In this document: positions 10,171-23,164 of the stretch, piece after piece | Layout: the number at the start of each line of letters is the position of its first letter | Numbering within the stretch: the stretch's first letter is position 1 | Assembly (NCBI GenBank): GCA_012512925.1 | Contig: JAAZDE010000151.1 | Span: forward strand, 1 to 54,777 | From: Desulfuromonadaceae bacterium | GTDB taxonomy: Bacteria; Desulfobacterota; Desulfuromonadia; Desulfuromonadales; JAAYDE01 | Direction of reading: 5' to 3' | DNA length: 54,777 nucleotides | Made by a program: the position numbers and the translations under genes | The notes under the pieces: model-generated | Told to the model about the DNA's origin: nothing | What the model saw: the letters and a program-made list of their open reading frames with translations, nothing else | Databases searched by the model: none

Positions 10171-10709
10171 GTATCAACGCGATACCCAGGCGTTATGCAA
10201 AGGCCTTGGTCGGGTTGGCCGAGGATCCACAGAGATTGGAGCAGTTCGGCCGCGAGCTGGATATGGTGGAAAAGATTTTTTCGGACCATCGGCAACTGCG
10301 AAACATGCTGATCTCCCCAACCTATTCCCTGGCGAAGAAAAAGGGTCTCCTGGGCGATTTCCTCGGTCTTCTGGACCTTTCCGAGGAGGGGAAGCATTTT
10401 TTCGGGCTTCTTCTGGAAAAGGACAGACTCAAGTTTCTAACCCAGATCACTGTCTGCTACCACCGGCTTGCCGATGAGAAAGCGGGCATTGAGAGGGCCT
10501 ATGTTACCTCGGCCAGAAAGCTCTCCAAGGATCTGCGGGAACAAATCAAGGCGGTTCTCGAGCAGCAGACTGGCAAGAAGGTGGATCTGGAGGTCAAGGT
10601 GGACAATACCTTGATTGGTGGAATCCGCACAGAAATAGGCGGCAAAGTGGTGGACGGCAGTATCTTGACCCAACTGAAAAGGATGGAAGATACCTTAACA
10701 AAGGGGTGA
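10167..10709 (+). CDS. atpH: ATP synthase F1 subunit delta
   Basis: RRYAKAL and VDNTLIGGI..VDGSI motifs. Confidence 0.95.
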   Translation: MSINAIPRRYAKALVGLAEDPQRLEQFGRELDMVEKIFSDHRQLRNMLISPTYSLAKKKGLLGDFLGLLDLSEEGKHFFGLLLEKDRLKFLTQITVCYHRLADEKAGIERAYVTSARKLSKDLREQIKAVLEQQTGKKVDLEVKVDNTLIGGIRTEIGGKVVDGSILTQLKRMEDTLTKG

Positions 10710-12227
<1,518 letters not shown>

Positions 12228-12251
12228 TTACTTCACAGAAGGTGCGGATAA

Positions 12252-13121
12252 ATGGCCAGCCTGAAGGATATCAAGAAGCGGATCAGCTCCGTTAAAAATA
12301 CCCAGCAGATCACCAAGGCAATGAAGATGGTCTCCGCGGCCAAGCTGCGCAGGGCACAGCAGGCGGTTCTGGCAACCCGTCCCTACGCGGAAAAAATGGG
12401 TGTCATCATTGCCAACCTGGTGCCCCAGGTTAAGGAGTTCTCCCACCCCCTGCTCACGGAGCGTCCCAAAGAGCGGGCCCTCATTCTTCTGCTGACCGGG
12501 GACAGGGGCTTGTGTGGTGGCTTCAATGCCAATATTTCCAAAGCTGTGGAAATATTTGTCCGCACCAACCCGGAGAATTTTCAGCATATCGATATCGCCA
12601 TAATTGGGCGCAAAGGGAACGATTACCTCAAGCGACGCTCCGGCATGAATATCGTCAAGGTTTATGAGAATATCACCGCAGATATCAATTATCAGACTGC
12701 GGCGCTTCTTGCCGAGGAGCTTTCCACAGCCTACACAGAAGAAAAATACGACGTCATTTACCTTTATTACAACAATTTCCGGAGTGTTATCTCCCAGGTT
12801 ATCACCCGAATCCAGCTGCTTCCGGTGACGATGCCCGAGGGGGAGGATGACCTGTACACGGGTGTTGATTATATCTTCGAGCCGAATCCGGCTGAGGTTC
12901 TCTGTCAGTTGTTGGCCAAAAACGTGGAGGTTCAGATTTTCAGGGCTCTGCTGGAATCCCGGGCCTCCGAGCAGGGGGCCCGAATGACCAGTATGGACAG
13001 TGCTACCAAGAACGCTTCCGAAATGATTGGCAAGCTGACCTTGATGTATAACCGGGCGCGGCAGGCCGCCATCACCACGGAACTGATGGAGATCATTTCC
13101 GGCGCTGAGGCGATCAAGTAG
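12252..13121 (+). CDS. atpG: ATP synthase F1 subunit gamma
   Basis: ITKAMKMVSAAK, DRGLCGGFN, RQAAITTELMEIISGA. Confidence 0.99.
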   Translation: MASLKDIKKRISSVKNTQQITKAMKMVSAAKLRRAQQAVLATRPYAEKMGVIIANLVPQVKEFSHPLLTERPKERALILLLTGDRGLCGGFNANISKAVEIFVRTNPENFQHIDIAIIGRKGNDYLKRRSGMNIVKVYENITADINYQTAALLAEELSTAYTEEKYDVIYLYYNNFRSVISQVITRIQLLPVTMPEGEDDLYTGVDYIFEPNPAEVLCQLLAKNVEVQIFRALLESRASEQGARMTSMDSATKNASEMIGKLTLMYNRARQAAITTELMEIISGAEAIK

Positions 13122-13160
13122 GGGAACGGTAACGGTTGGCTTCGGTTTCCACCGATCTAG

Positions 13161-14591
<1,431 letters not shown>

Positions 14592-14637
14592 GAGTGATGC
14601 CGGGTGGATCCCTGCAATTGTTAAAGGATAATCGAGC

Positions 14638-15051
14638 ATGGCGGATAAGCTGAAGCTTGAAATGGTGACCCCCTATGGGGAGATACTCTCCGCGGAGGTG
14701 GATGATGTCGTTGCACCCGGGGTGATGGGTGAGTTCGGCGTTCTTCCGGGGCACAGGTCGATGCTGGCCCTTCTTCAGGTAGGGGAGTTTTCCTACCTTC
14801 AGAAAGGTAAGCGAAATTATGTAGCGGTCAACTGGGGTTATGTGGATGTGGATCAGGACCGGGTGACTGTGATGGTCGAAACCGCGGAACCAGCTGACAT
14901 CATCGACTTGGAGCGGGCCAAGAGGGCTCTTGGCCGTGCCGAGGAGGCACTTAAAAAACTGACGGACGAGGAAAAGGAATACAAACTCATGGAAGCCGCA
15001 CTGGCCAGGGCTCTTATCCGCATTCAGGTGGCCAGTCGCCGCGGGCGGTGA
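14638..15051 (+). CDS. atpC: ATP synthase F1 subunit epsilon
   Basis: LEMVTP, GEFGVLPGH, IDLERAKRA. Confidence 0.97.
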   Translation: MADKLKLEMVTPYGEILSAEVDDVVAPGVMGEFGVLPGHRSMLALLQVGEFSYLQKGKRNYVAVNWGYVDVDQDRVTVMVETAEPADIIDLERAKRALGRAEEALKKLTDEEKEYKLMEAALARALIRIQVASRRGR

Positions 15052-15074
15052 GGATCAATAACAATAAAAGACAG

Positions 15075-15107
15075 GAAAGGCGATCTGAAAAGGTCGCCTT
15101 TCTTTTT
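15075..15107 (+). terminator. intrinsic terminator of the atp operon (possibly bidirectional)
   Basis: Stem GAAAGGCGAT / GTCGCCTTTC followed by TTTTT; A-rich 5' flank faces the convergent CBS genes. Confidence 0.85.
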
Positions 15108-15160
15108 GGCCGGGTGGATGATTGGTTTTTGGGAACACTTGCAGTGACGGACGTGTGGGT

Positions 15161-15592
15161 TTAGTTTTCCGCCGGTTTTTCCCTCTGGTCAAAGAAGAAA
15201 CTGCGGTGCATGGCACGGATGATTTCTCTTCGCGAGATCTGTCCGACGATATGCCCTCCTTCCACCACCGGCAGATGACGATGTTTGCTGTTCAGGAACA
15301 GGCGGGCCGCTTCCACAATGGTGGTGCCGCCGGTTATCGGCATGGGGGGCTCGCACATATAGGTGGCCACCGTGTCTTCGGGATCCTGCTGGTAGTATGT
15401 CTGCTGAAGGAGAACCTTGAGACAGTCATTTTCCGACAGGAGCCCGATCGGAGCCCCCCTTTCATCAATAACGAAGGCCGCCAGCAGGCGGTGTTTCAGA
15501 AAAATATCCATGGCCTGGGTGATCGGCATATCAGGTCGAAGGGTAAGGTTTCTTTTGTCCATGTAGTTGGCGACAATCAATTGCTGATTCAT
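15161..15592 (-). CDS. stand-alone CBS-pair protein
   Basis: Two CBS repeats (VANYM..GLLSENDCL; VATYM..HLPVVEGGHIVGQISRREI). ATG15592 follows GGAGG. Confidence 0.88.
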   Translation of the reverse strand: MNQQLIVANYMDKRNLTLRPDMPITQAMDIFLKHRLLAAFVIDERGAPIGLLSENDCLKVLLQQTYYQQDPEDTVATYMCEPPMPITGGTTIVEAARLFLNSKHRHLPVVEGGHIVGQISRREIIRAMHRSFFFDQREKPAEN

Positions 15593-15623
15593 TTTAACCT
15601 CCATGGAGAAATCTCCCAAAGAT

Positions 15624-16061
15624 TTACTGCCGTTCCATCCTGAACGATTCTTTCTGGGAGTATTGCCGGATAGCCCGCATCAGATCGCGGCGGGTGATCT
15701 GCCCTACCAACACCCCGTTATCGACAACCGGCAGGCGTCGAAACTCGTTTTCCAGAAATATCTGGGCGAGATCGAAAATCCCCATGGTGCTGGGAACGGT
15801 TTTGAAACCGCTGGGGACGATATCGGCCAGGTTTTTTTCTTCCAGAAGCCGGGGATTGCCGGTCACCAGGGCCTGATGGTAAATCTTCAGGCATTCCTTC
15901 TCCGCCATGATACCAACCAGTTTCCCTTCTTTGTCGACCACGCAGGCGCCGAAAAGGCGTTTTCTCCACAGGGTTTCCACCGCCTCCTTGATGGGCGTCT
16001 CCGCGTCGAGTTTGACAAATTCAGCATCCATGATTGAGGCCACTACCGGTAATGGTTTCAT
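15624..16061 (-). CDS. stand-alone CBS-pair protein (paralogue of its neighbour)
   Basis: VASIM..GACVVD..LVGIMAEKECL; RRLPVVDNGVLVGQITRRDL. ATG16061 has GGAGG at good spacing. Confidence 0.88.
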   Translation of the reverse strand: MKPLPVVASIMDAEFVKLDAETPIKEAVETLWRKRLFGACVVDKEGKLVGIMAEKECLKIYHQALVTGNPRLLEEKNLADIVPSGFKTVPSTMGIFDLAQIFLENEFRRLPVVDNGVLVGQITRRDLMRAIRQYSQKESFRMERQ

Positions 16062-16150
16062 CTTCATCCTCCAGGCGCCTGGCTTCCTGTCCCGCTTCGA
16101 AAATTCCTTTCCATCACTCTAAAATCATTTTGAAAACGGGAATTTTTCGA

Positions 16151-16366
16151 TCATTCATCACAGCGGCAGGACTCGGCGCCGCAACTATCACTTTTTGTTT
16201 TTGGATTATCTCCGTTTTTCTTTTTCCTCCCGGAATCGGTCAGACAGGCCCCGGTTCCGCAAGTGCAGCCACCGGAGCGTTTTTTATAGCGGGCCCAGTG
16301 GAGCACCCCCCAAAAGAGGGCCAAGGCCAGCAGAAAAAAGAGCAGGGAAAATATGAATTGAGCCAT
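16151..16366 (-). CDS. small single-TM Cys-rich protein, NqrM-like
   Basis: 71 aa with an N-terminal TM, then GGCTCGTGAC...SCGAESCRC (6 Cys). GGAG SD; starts 47 nt after nqrF. Confidence 0.7.
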   Translation of the reverse strand: MAQFIFSLLFFLLALALFWGVLHWARYKKRSGGCTCGTGACLTDSGRKKKNGDNPKTKSDSCGAESCRCDE

Positions 16367-16413
16367 CTTCTCTCCGGGGTTGTCGTTTCGAGAATTGTCT
16401 CTTTGGGCGCGGC

Positions 16414-17649
16414 TCAGGAGCCGAAATCGTCGTACAGGATATTTTCGGGTTCCACCCCCAGGTCCTCCAGCATCTTGACGAGGGAACTGGTCATCATGGG
16501 GGGGCCGCACAGGTAGTATTCGCAATCCTCGGGGGCGGAGTGGTCCTTGAGGTAGTTGTCGTACAGGACCTGGTGGATGAATCCTTTGAGACCGCTCCAG
16601 TTGTCTTCCGGCGCCGGGTCCGACAAAGCCAGGTGCCAGGTAAAGTTGGGATGTTCCTTGGCCAGGGCGTCAAATTCATCATTATAGAAGGATTCACGAA
16701 GACTCCGCGCTCCATACCAGAAGCTGATTTTTCTTTTGCTTTCCAGCCTTTTGATTTGATCGAAGATGTGGGATCGCATCGGTGCCATACCCGCGCCGCC
16801 ACCGATAAAAACCATCTCGTTGTCGGTCTCGCGAGCGAAAAACTCGCCGTAGGGGCCCGAGATGGTGACCCGATCTCCTGGTTTGAGACTGAAAATGTAG
16901 GAAGACATTTTTCCAGGCGGCAGGGAACTGTCGCTCGGCGGTGGAGTGGCTACCCGCACGTTGAGCATAATGATCCCCTTTTCATCGGGATAGTTGGCCA
17001 TGGAATAGGCTCTTACCACCGGTTCATCGACCTTGGAAACATAGCGCCACATGTTGAATTTATCCCAATCCCCGCGATACTCTTCCTCGATCTCGAAATC
17101 CTTGTAATGGACGGTGTGGGGAGGCGCCTCGATCTGTATATAACCCCCGGCCCGGAAGTTCACATCTTCCCCTTCGGGCAGTTCCAGCACCAATTCCTTG
17201 ATGAAGGTGGCGACGTTCCTGTTGGAGCGAACGGTGCACTCCCATTTTCTGATCTCGAAGATCTCCGGCGGGATCTCAAGTTGCAAATCACCTTTGACCG
17301 GCACCTGGCAGGCCAGACGGTATCCTTCCTTTTGCATGCCGCGGCTGATGACGCTCTTTTCGGTGGCGAGGATGGAGCCGCCTCCCTTCAGAATCTTGAC
17401 TTTGCATTCGCCGCAGGTGCCGCCTCCCCCGCAGGCGGAGGGGAGGTATATCCCCTGGGCGGCCAGGGAGCCGAGGAGCTTGTCTCCTGTGGGGATATGC
17501 AGTTCCTTTTCCGGGTCGTCGTTGATGCTGATTCTGGCGTTACCATGGACCACCAGGTGGGACTTGGCGAAGAGGATCACCCCGACCAAGGCCAGGACGA
17601 TGAGGGTGAACATCAACGTTCCGAAGAGAATCAGACTAATTCCATCCAT
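16414..17649 (-). CDS. nqrF: Na+-translocating NADH:quinone reductase subunit F
   Basis: [12 protein letters not shown] and RLACQ 2Fe-2S ligands, [33 protein letters not shown]. Confidence 0.97.
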   Translation of the reverse strand: MDGISLILFGTLMFTLIVLALVGVILFAKSHLVVHGNARISINDDPEKELHIPTGDKLLGSLAAQGIYLPSACGGGGTCGECKVKILKGGGSILATEKSVISRGMQKEGYRLACQVPVKGDLQLEIPPEIFEIRKWECTVRSNRNVATFIKELVLELPEGEDVNFRAGGYIQIEAPPHTVHYKDFEIEEEYRGDWDKFNMWRYVSKVDEPVVRAYSMANYPDEKGIIMLNVRVATPPPSDSSLPPGKMSSYIFSLKPGDRVTISGPYGEFFARETDNEMVFIGGGAGMAPMRSHIFDQIKRLESKRKISFWYGARSLRESFYNDEFDALAKEHPNFTWHLALSDPAPEDNWSGLKGFIHQVLYDNYLKDHSAPEDCEYYLCGPPMMTSSLVKMLEDLGVEPENILYDDFGS

Positions 17650-17685
17650 TCATTTTTCCTTTTTGACGGTTTCGTCAAAGGTCCA

Positions 17686-18297
17686 TTACAGCTGGATTCC
17701 CGAAAAGGCCATAAAGGCGATGGCCATCAGACCCGCGGTGATGAAGGTGATCCCCAACCCACGCAGCCCCTGGGGAACGTCGCTGTATTTCATCTTCTCC
17801 CGAATGCCGGCCAGGCCGATGACGGCCAGAGCGAAGCCGATCCCCGAACCAAGCCCGAAGACGACGCTTTCCGGGAAGGTGTAGTCCCTCTCGATCATGA
17901 ACAGGGAGCCCCCCAAAATGGCGCAGTTGACGGTGATCAGCGGCAGGAATATGCCCAGGGAGTTGTAGAGGGCCGGCACGTATTTATCGAGGCCCATCTC
18001 CAGAATCTGAACGATGGCGGCGATGACGCCGATGTAGGTGATCAGACCGAGGAACGACAGGTCGAGATTCGGCAGGCCGGCCCAGGCCAGCGCCCCTTCC
18101 CGAAGCACATGGTTGTAGATGAGGTTATTGACCGGCAACGTTATCGTCTGGACGACCACCACGGCGATGCCCAGGCCGGCGGCCGTTTCCACCCTTTTGG
18201 AGACGGCCAGGAAGGTACACATGCCGAGAAAGAAGGCCAGAGCCATGTTTTCGATGAAGATCGATTTGATGAACAGACTTAGATAGTGTTCCAGCAT
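17686..18297 (-). CDS. nqrE: Na+-NQR subunit E
   Basis: [22 protein letters not shown] and [10 protein letters not shown]. Confidence 0.97.
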   Translation of the reverse strand: MLEHYLSLFIKSIFIENMALAFFLGMCTFLAVSKRVETAAGLGIAVVVVQTITLPVNNLIYNHVLREGALAWAGLPNLDLSFLGLITYIGVIAAIVQILEMGLDKYVPALYNSLGIFLPLITVNCAILGGSLFMIERDYTFPESVVFGLGSGIGFALAVIGLAGIREKMKYSDVPQGLRGLGITFITAGLMAIAFMAFSGIQL

Positions 18298-18301
18298 CGG
18301 C

Positions 18302-18922
18302 TTAATCCTCTTGCACCGGTTTCGGTTTCCAGGTTCTGAGCAGCCAAATCAGCACGCCGATCAGCACGAAAGCGCTGGGGGCCAGCAGGAACAATCCGTT
18401 GGGAACGTACCAACCGCCCTCCGTTTCCAGCCGCAGGATCGAGTAGCCAAGCACCTTTCCCGATCCGAGCAGTTCCCTGGTGAAGCCGACGATCAGCAGC
18501 ACCAGGCTGTAGCCGATCCCGTTGCCGATCCCGTCAAGAAAGCTTTTCAGTGGCGGCTCCTTGAGGGCGAAGGCCTCGGCCCGTCCCATGAGAATGCAGT
18601 TGGTGATGATAAGGCCAACATAGACCGACAGCTGTTTGCTGACGTCGTAGGCAAAGGCTTTAATCAACTGGTCGGCGATGATGACCAGGGAAGCGATGAT
18701 GGTCATTTCAATCAGAATGCGGATGCTCCCGGGGATATGCTTTCGGATCAGGCTGATAGAGAGATTGGAGAAGGCGATGACAAAGATGACTGCCAACGAC
18801 ATAACCATGGAGGTTTCCAGCTTGGAGGTCACCGCCAGGGCGGAGCAGATCCCCAAAATCTGACCGATGATGGGATTGTTGTTGAAAACCGGTTCCCAAA
18901 AGACCTTCTTGAGTTTGTTCAT
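18302..18922 (-). CDS. nqrD: Na+-NQR subunit D
   Basis: [15 protein letters not shown] and [17 protein letters not shown]. Confidence 0.97.
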   Translation of the reverse strand: MNKLKKVFWEPVFNNNPIIGQILGICSALAVTSKLETSMVMSLAVIFVIAFSNLSISLIRKHIPGSIRILIEMTIIASLVIIADQLIKAFAYDVSKQLSVYVGLIITNCILMGRAEAFALKEPPLKSFLDGIGNGIGYSLVLLIVGFTRELLGSGKVLGYSILRLETEGGWYVPNGLFLLAPSAFVLIGVLIWLLRTWKPKPVQED

Positions 18923-19713
18923 CCTTTCCCCTCCTGCCGCAGTTTGGCCAAATAGGGGCCGTAGCCGTCATCTCCGAGCCAGTAGCGGACCAGTTTGTCA
19001 ACACCGCGGGTGGTCAGGCTTGCGCCGGAGAGGCCGTCAATCTGATGCGCTGCCTTGGGGCTGCCGGGGTCGACCGTCCCTTTCAGCACCTCGATGACCA
19101 CATTGCCCCCTTTGTCGAAGACCTTTTTGCCGACCCACGACCGCTTCCAGCGGGGATTGTCGACCTCTCCACCCAGGCCGGGGGTTTCCCCATGGTCATA
19201 GAAGGAGAAGCCTTCCACCGTGGTAAGATCATTATTCAAGGCGATGAAGCCGTACATGGTGGACCAGACCCCTTTGCCGTAGACGGGAAGGATAATCTTC
19301 TCCACCGCGCCGTTTTGGATCACCTGGTAAACGATCATGTAGCGCGGCCGGCGTTTGATCCCGGCAATATCCTCGTCGGCCGGAATCTTCATCCCGTATC
19401 GCGGGCTGCTGGCGATTTTTTTGATGTCGAAATCATCGGTGTTCAAAACGGCGTCAAATCTTTCCCGCGGGAGGACGGCGCCCTTTTCCAGATCGACGAT
19501 GAAGGGCCGGATGTTCTCCTGAAAGACTTTTCCAATATCTGTTTTTGGTGAATAAAGACCGCCAACGACCAGAATGTTTTTCAGCCTATCCAGTTGCTTG
19601 TTCTGTTCCTGTTTGTCTTTCAGGGAAACCGCGGCGGAGGAAACCAGCACCGAGCAGACCAGACAGACACCGAGGGCGACTGCGACCGTCTTTGTTTTGG
19701 TCTCTTTAGACAT
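18919..19713 (-). CDS. nqrC: Na+-NQR subunit C
   Basis: [36 protein letters not shown], flavinylation motif DGLSGAS. Confidence 0.96.
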   Translation of the reverse strand: MSKETKTKTVAVALGVCLVCSVLVSSAAVSLKDKQEQNKQLDRLKNILVVGGLYSPKTDIGKVFQENIRPFIVDLEKGAVLPRERFDAVLNTDDFDIKKIASSPRYGMKIPADEDIAGIKRRPRYMIVYQVIQNGAVEKIILPVYGKGVWSTMYGFIALNNDLTTVEGFSFYDHGETPGLGGEVDNPRWKRSWVGKKVFDKGGNVVIEVLKGTVDPGSPKAAHQIDGLSGASLTTRGVDKLVRYWLGDDGYGPYLAKLRQEGKG

Positions 19714-20905
19714 TTCTCAGCAGCCTCCTCTTGATGTTGGCATTGATGAAGAACCGGTCGATGATGGCGGCAAAGAGGTTGCCGAAGAGGATGGCCAGCA
19801 TCATCCCCTCCGGGAAGGCGGGGTTCACCACCCGGATCATTACCGCCATGGCCCCGATGAGAAAGCCGTAAAGGTATTTTCCCTGGTTGGTCAGTGCCGA
19901 GGAGACCGGGTCGGTAGCCATGTAGACGGCGCCAAAGGCGAATCCGCCGAGAACCAGATGCCACAAGGGGGACAGCGCAAAGAGGGGATTGGTGGCGCTG
20001 CCGATGGCGTTGAAGAGCAGGGCCAGGCTGGTCATTCCCACCAGGACGCTGACCATGGTCCGCCAGGAGGCGATGCCGGTACCGAGCAGGATGGCGGCTC
20101 CCAGCAGGCAGGCCAGGGTAGAGGTTTCCCCCATGGAGCCGGGGATGAGGCCGATGAAGGCATCCCACCAGGAGGCCGTCATCGCTCCCCCGGTGTCTGC
20201 CAGCCTGGCCAGAGGGGTGGCGGTGCTGACGCCGTCCACCGCAACCCAGACCTTGTCCCCAGAAATCTGACCGGGATAGGCAAAAAAGAGGAAGGCGCGG
20301 GCGACCAGGGCGGGGTTGAAGATATTCATGCCGACGCCGCCAAAGACCTCTTTCCCGAACACGACCCCGAAGCTGATTCCGAGAGCGACCTGCCACAGGG
20401 GGATGGTCGGCGGCAGAATGAGGGGGAAAAGCAGGCTGGTGACGAAAAACCCCTCATGGATTTCATGCCGGCGGACGCAGGCGAAGATCACTTCCCAAAA
20501 TCCTCCGACCGCCACCGTCACCAGGTAGACGGGAAAAAAGTAGAGAGCACCATGAACCATGTTTCCCACCAGGCTTGCCGGATCGACGCCGATCCCCAGA
20601 AGGGAGAGGACCGCGCCGCGCCAGCCTTCGGCACCTCCCTTTCCAAGTGCGGATAGGGCGCCGTTGGCCTGCAGGCCGGTGTTGTAGAGGGCCATGATCA
20701 CCGTCGGCACGAGGGCGATCACCACCCAGGTCATGGTTCTCTTCAGGTCCAGGGCATCGCGCAGATGGGTCAACCCCCGGGTGACGTTTCCGGCGGAGAA
20801 CAGCAGGGTATCTGCAGCTTCGTAAAGGGGGTAGAGTCGTTCCAGCGCACCCCCCTGGTGAAAGTGCTTTTCCTGGGAATCGAGAAACTTCCTTAAGGTT
20901 TTCAC
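19706..20905 (-). CDS. nqrB: Na+-NQR subunit B
   Basis: [37 protein letters not shown] (FMN site), [15 protein letters not shown]. Confidence 0.96.
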   Translation of the reverse strand: MKTLRKFLDSQEKHFHQGGALERLYPLYEAADTLLFSAGNVTRGLTHLRDALDLKRTMTWVVIALVPTVIMALYNTGLQANGALSALGKGGAEGWRGAVLSLLGIGVDPASLVGNMVHGALYFFPVYLVTVAVGGFWEVIFACVRRHEIHEGFFVTSLLFPLILPPTIPLWQVALGISFGVVFGKEVFGGVGMNIFNPALVARAFLFFAYPGQISGDKVWVAVDGVSTATPLARLADTGGAMTASWWDAFIGLIPGSMGETSTLACLLGAAILLGTGIASWRTMVSVLVGMTSLALLFNAIGSATNPLFALSPLWHLVLGGFAFGAVYMATDPVSSALTNQGKYLYGFLIGAMAVMIRVVNPAFPEGMMLAILFGNLFAAIIDRFFINANIKRRLLRNV

Positions 20906-22248
20906 TAGCCTTCCTTTTCTATCAGGGTCAGTACGGTTCTCAGGTTCCTGCCGTGATCAATCTTGCCGGGACAGACATAGGTGCACAGGGCCAAATCCTC
21001 CTCGTCCAACTCCAGACAGCCGAGCGCTTCCGACTCTTCGATGTCTTTGACCGCCAAGGCCCGCAGCAGGTAGGTGGGGATGACATCCAGCGGCATCACC
21101 TTTTCATAGCTGCCGACGGGGACGATGGCTCTTGGGCTGCCGTTCTGGGAGGTTGTAAAGGCAATGTCGCGGTTGGAGAAACGGTTGATGAGAATGTTTT
21201 TGACCGAATGAAGCTGGCCCCATGGGGAAAACCAGCCCAGAAAACGGCGGATGCCTCCCTCGGGAAGGGCGCAGACTCCCTGATGGAACCTGCCCAGGTA
21301 AGCGTAGGTCTTCTGAGCAGTGCGTCCGCAGAGGAGCGAACCGGAGACGATCCGGTTGCCACCCTCGGTTGTTTCACCATCCATCAGTTCCGCCAGGGAG
21401 GCACCGAGACGGGTCCTGACGAGGCGCGGCCGGCGGACGGAAGGGCCGGCCACGGAGACGATCCGCTCCGTAGCCAATCTGCCGGTGGTAAACAGCTTGC
21501 CGATGGCGACAACATCCTGCGCTCCGATATACCACACCATCTTGCGCTCCCCTACGGGGTCGAGAAAATGGATGTGGGTGCCGGCGTTGCCGGCCGGATG
21601 AGGACCGGAGAATTCAACTTCCACAACCCGTTCCAGTCCCACGGAAATGGCGCTGGCGGCCGCCTTGCAGAGATAGACCTTACCTTCAGTCAGGCGGGAG
21701 ATGAGGATCAGGCCGTCGCGGAAATTTTTTTCCTTCCCCTGGAGGATCACCTCCGGATCGGGAGCCAGAGGATTGGTGTCGATGGCGGTGACGAAAATGG
21801 AGTGGGGTTCGGAATCAACAGCGGGGGCTTTGCTGAAAGGGCGGGTGCGAAAGGCGGGCCACAGGCCCGAAGCAACCAGCTGTTGCCGGATGATCGATCG
21901 CTCCAGCGACGGCAATTTGTCCGTGGCGAAGGAAGGGAAGGTAACTTCCTCGTCCCCTTCCAGAGCGATGACCATCGATTCAAAATGGCGTCTGGCGCCG
22001 CGGTTGATCTCAATCACGGTCCCGGCGCCGGGGGAGGTATACTGCACACCGGGAGTTTTTTTGTCGCTGAACAGGAGTTGGCCAAGTTTCACCTTCTCGC
22101 CGACAGCAACCTCCATGGTCGGCTTCATCCCCACAAAGTCATCGCCGACGACGGCCACCCGGGATACCGGTTTGCCCTCATGGATGACCTGTTCCGGTTC
22201 CCCGGCGACGGGAAGCCGCAATCCCTTTTTAATCCTGATTGGCTCCAT
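20905..22248 (-). CDS. nqrA: Na+-NQR subunit A
   Basis: [45 protein letters not shown]. Confidence 0.96.
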   Translation of the reverse strand: MEPIRIKKGLRLPVAGEPEQVIHEGKPVSRVAVVGDDFVGMKPTMEVAVGEKVKLGQLLFSDKKTPGVQYTSPGAGTVIEINRGARRHFESMVIALEGDEEVTFPSFATDKLPSLERSIIRQQLVASGLWPAFRTRPFSKAPAVDSEPHSIFVTAIDTNPLAPDPEVILQGKEKNFRDGLILISRLTEGKVYLCKAAASAISVGLERVVEVEFSGPHPAGNAGTHIHFLDPVGERKMVWYIGAQDVVAIGKLFTTGRLATERIVSVAGPSVRRPRLVRTRLGASLAELMDGETTEGGNRIVSGSLLCGRTAQKTYAYLGRFHQGVCALPEGGIRRFLGWFSPWGQLHSVKNILINRFSNRDIAFTTSQNGSPRAIVPVGSYEKVMPLDVIPTYLLRALAVKDIEESEALGCLELDEEDLALCTYVCPGKIDHGRNLRTVLTLIEKEG

Positions 22249-22387
22249 AATCTTCCTTGTCCCCCGCTCCTTGCCCGGTCTGATTTTTTCGCGTCCATTT
22301 CCATCCGTGAACGGATCGAAATGCGGGCAAAGTTCAGTCGTAGAGGGTTTCGATGTGTCCCTGGAAAATCATATAACACTGTTTTAA

Positions 22388-22416
22388 ATTTTATAGACCC
22401 TCTTTAAGGGTGTCAA
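22388..22416 (-). promoter_or_regulatory. sigma70 promoter of the nqr operon
   Basis: Minus strand reads TTGACA-17 nt-TAAAAT, implying a leader of about 130 nt before nqrA. Confidence 0.75.
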
Positions 22417-22688
22417 CATGATAAATTTTTCGGAATGAAACGGATTAAAAAAACCGATATCGGCCACAGATGGTCGAAGTTCTTCCTTTTCTTCGGCGAA
22501 AAAAGTTTTCCTGCGCCGGCATTTATTATGATCCTCTCTTTTATCCCATACTTGATGCCATCGCTTCGGATATAATTAGTCATGGTTGCCTCCAATCCGT
22601 TGCCGTCGCCCTGAGAGTGGGGACGATTTAAGGAATCGAGGCGGATAGTACCGGGAATTTTCCCCTTTTGGATAATCAATTTTACCTT

Positions 22689-23114
22689 ATGCTTAAAGTT
22701 TCCGCTACCTTGACTATTCCTGAAGCTGAAATACGGATCTCCTTTGTCCGTTCCGGGGGACCCGGCGGGCAGAATGTCAACAAGGTGGCCACCGCCGTTC
22801 TTCTTCAGTTCGACTTTCGTCATTCTCCCACCCTCACTGAGGAAAGCAAGGCGCTTCTGGATCAATATCCCGACAGCCGCATCGGCAGGGACGGAGTGAT
22901 CACCATCCGCGCCAGCCGCTACCGCTCTCAGGAGATGAACCGCCAGGACGCCATGAGCCGCCTGGCCGCTTTGATCGGAGCGGCACTGAGACGCCGCGTT
23001 CCCCGCCGTCCCACCCGGCCGACCACCGCCTCGCTGAAAAAGAGGCTGGAAGGTAAAAAGAGGCGCGGGTCGATAAAAAAGGGGCGGACCGCCCGTTTCG
23101 ACGATTCGGAATGA
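22689..23114 (+). CDS. arfB: alternative ribosome rescue peptidyl-tRNA hydrolase ArfB (YaeJ)
   Basis: RSGGPGGQNVNKVATAV, RSQEMNR, basic tail RRPTRPT..RLEGKKRRGSIK. Confidence 0.93.
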   Translation: MLKVSATLTIPEAEIRISFVRSGGPGGQNVNKVATAVLLQFDFRHSPTLTEESKALLDQYPDSRIGRDGVITIRASRYRSQEMNRQDAMSRLAALIGAALRRRVPRRPTRPTTASLKKRLEGKKRRGSIKKGRTARFDDSE

Positions 23115-23164
23115 GCTGGAAGTGCAGATGAAAAACTTTCCTGACATTTGCGGAGACCGTTTCC

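Noticed and set aside
16118-16133. Palindrome-like CTAAAATCATTTTGA upstream of the CBS genes (Fur-like)
   Set aside because: Outer positions deviate from the Fur consensus; could be chance in AT-rich DNA.
22413-22583. 56-codon minus-strand ORF (MTNYIRSDG...) with a GGAGG SD upstream of nqrA
   Set aside because: No recognisable motif, low-complexity AT-rich codons, and its stop lies within the nqr -35 element. It cannot be supported, though a remnant gene is not excluded.
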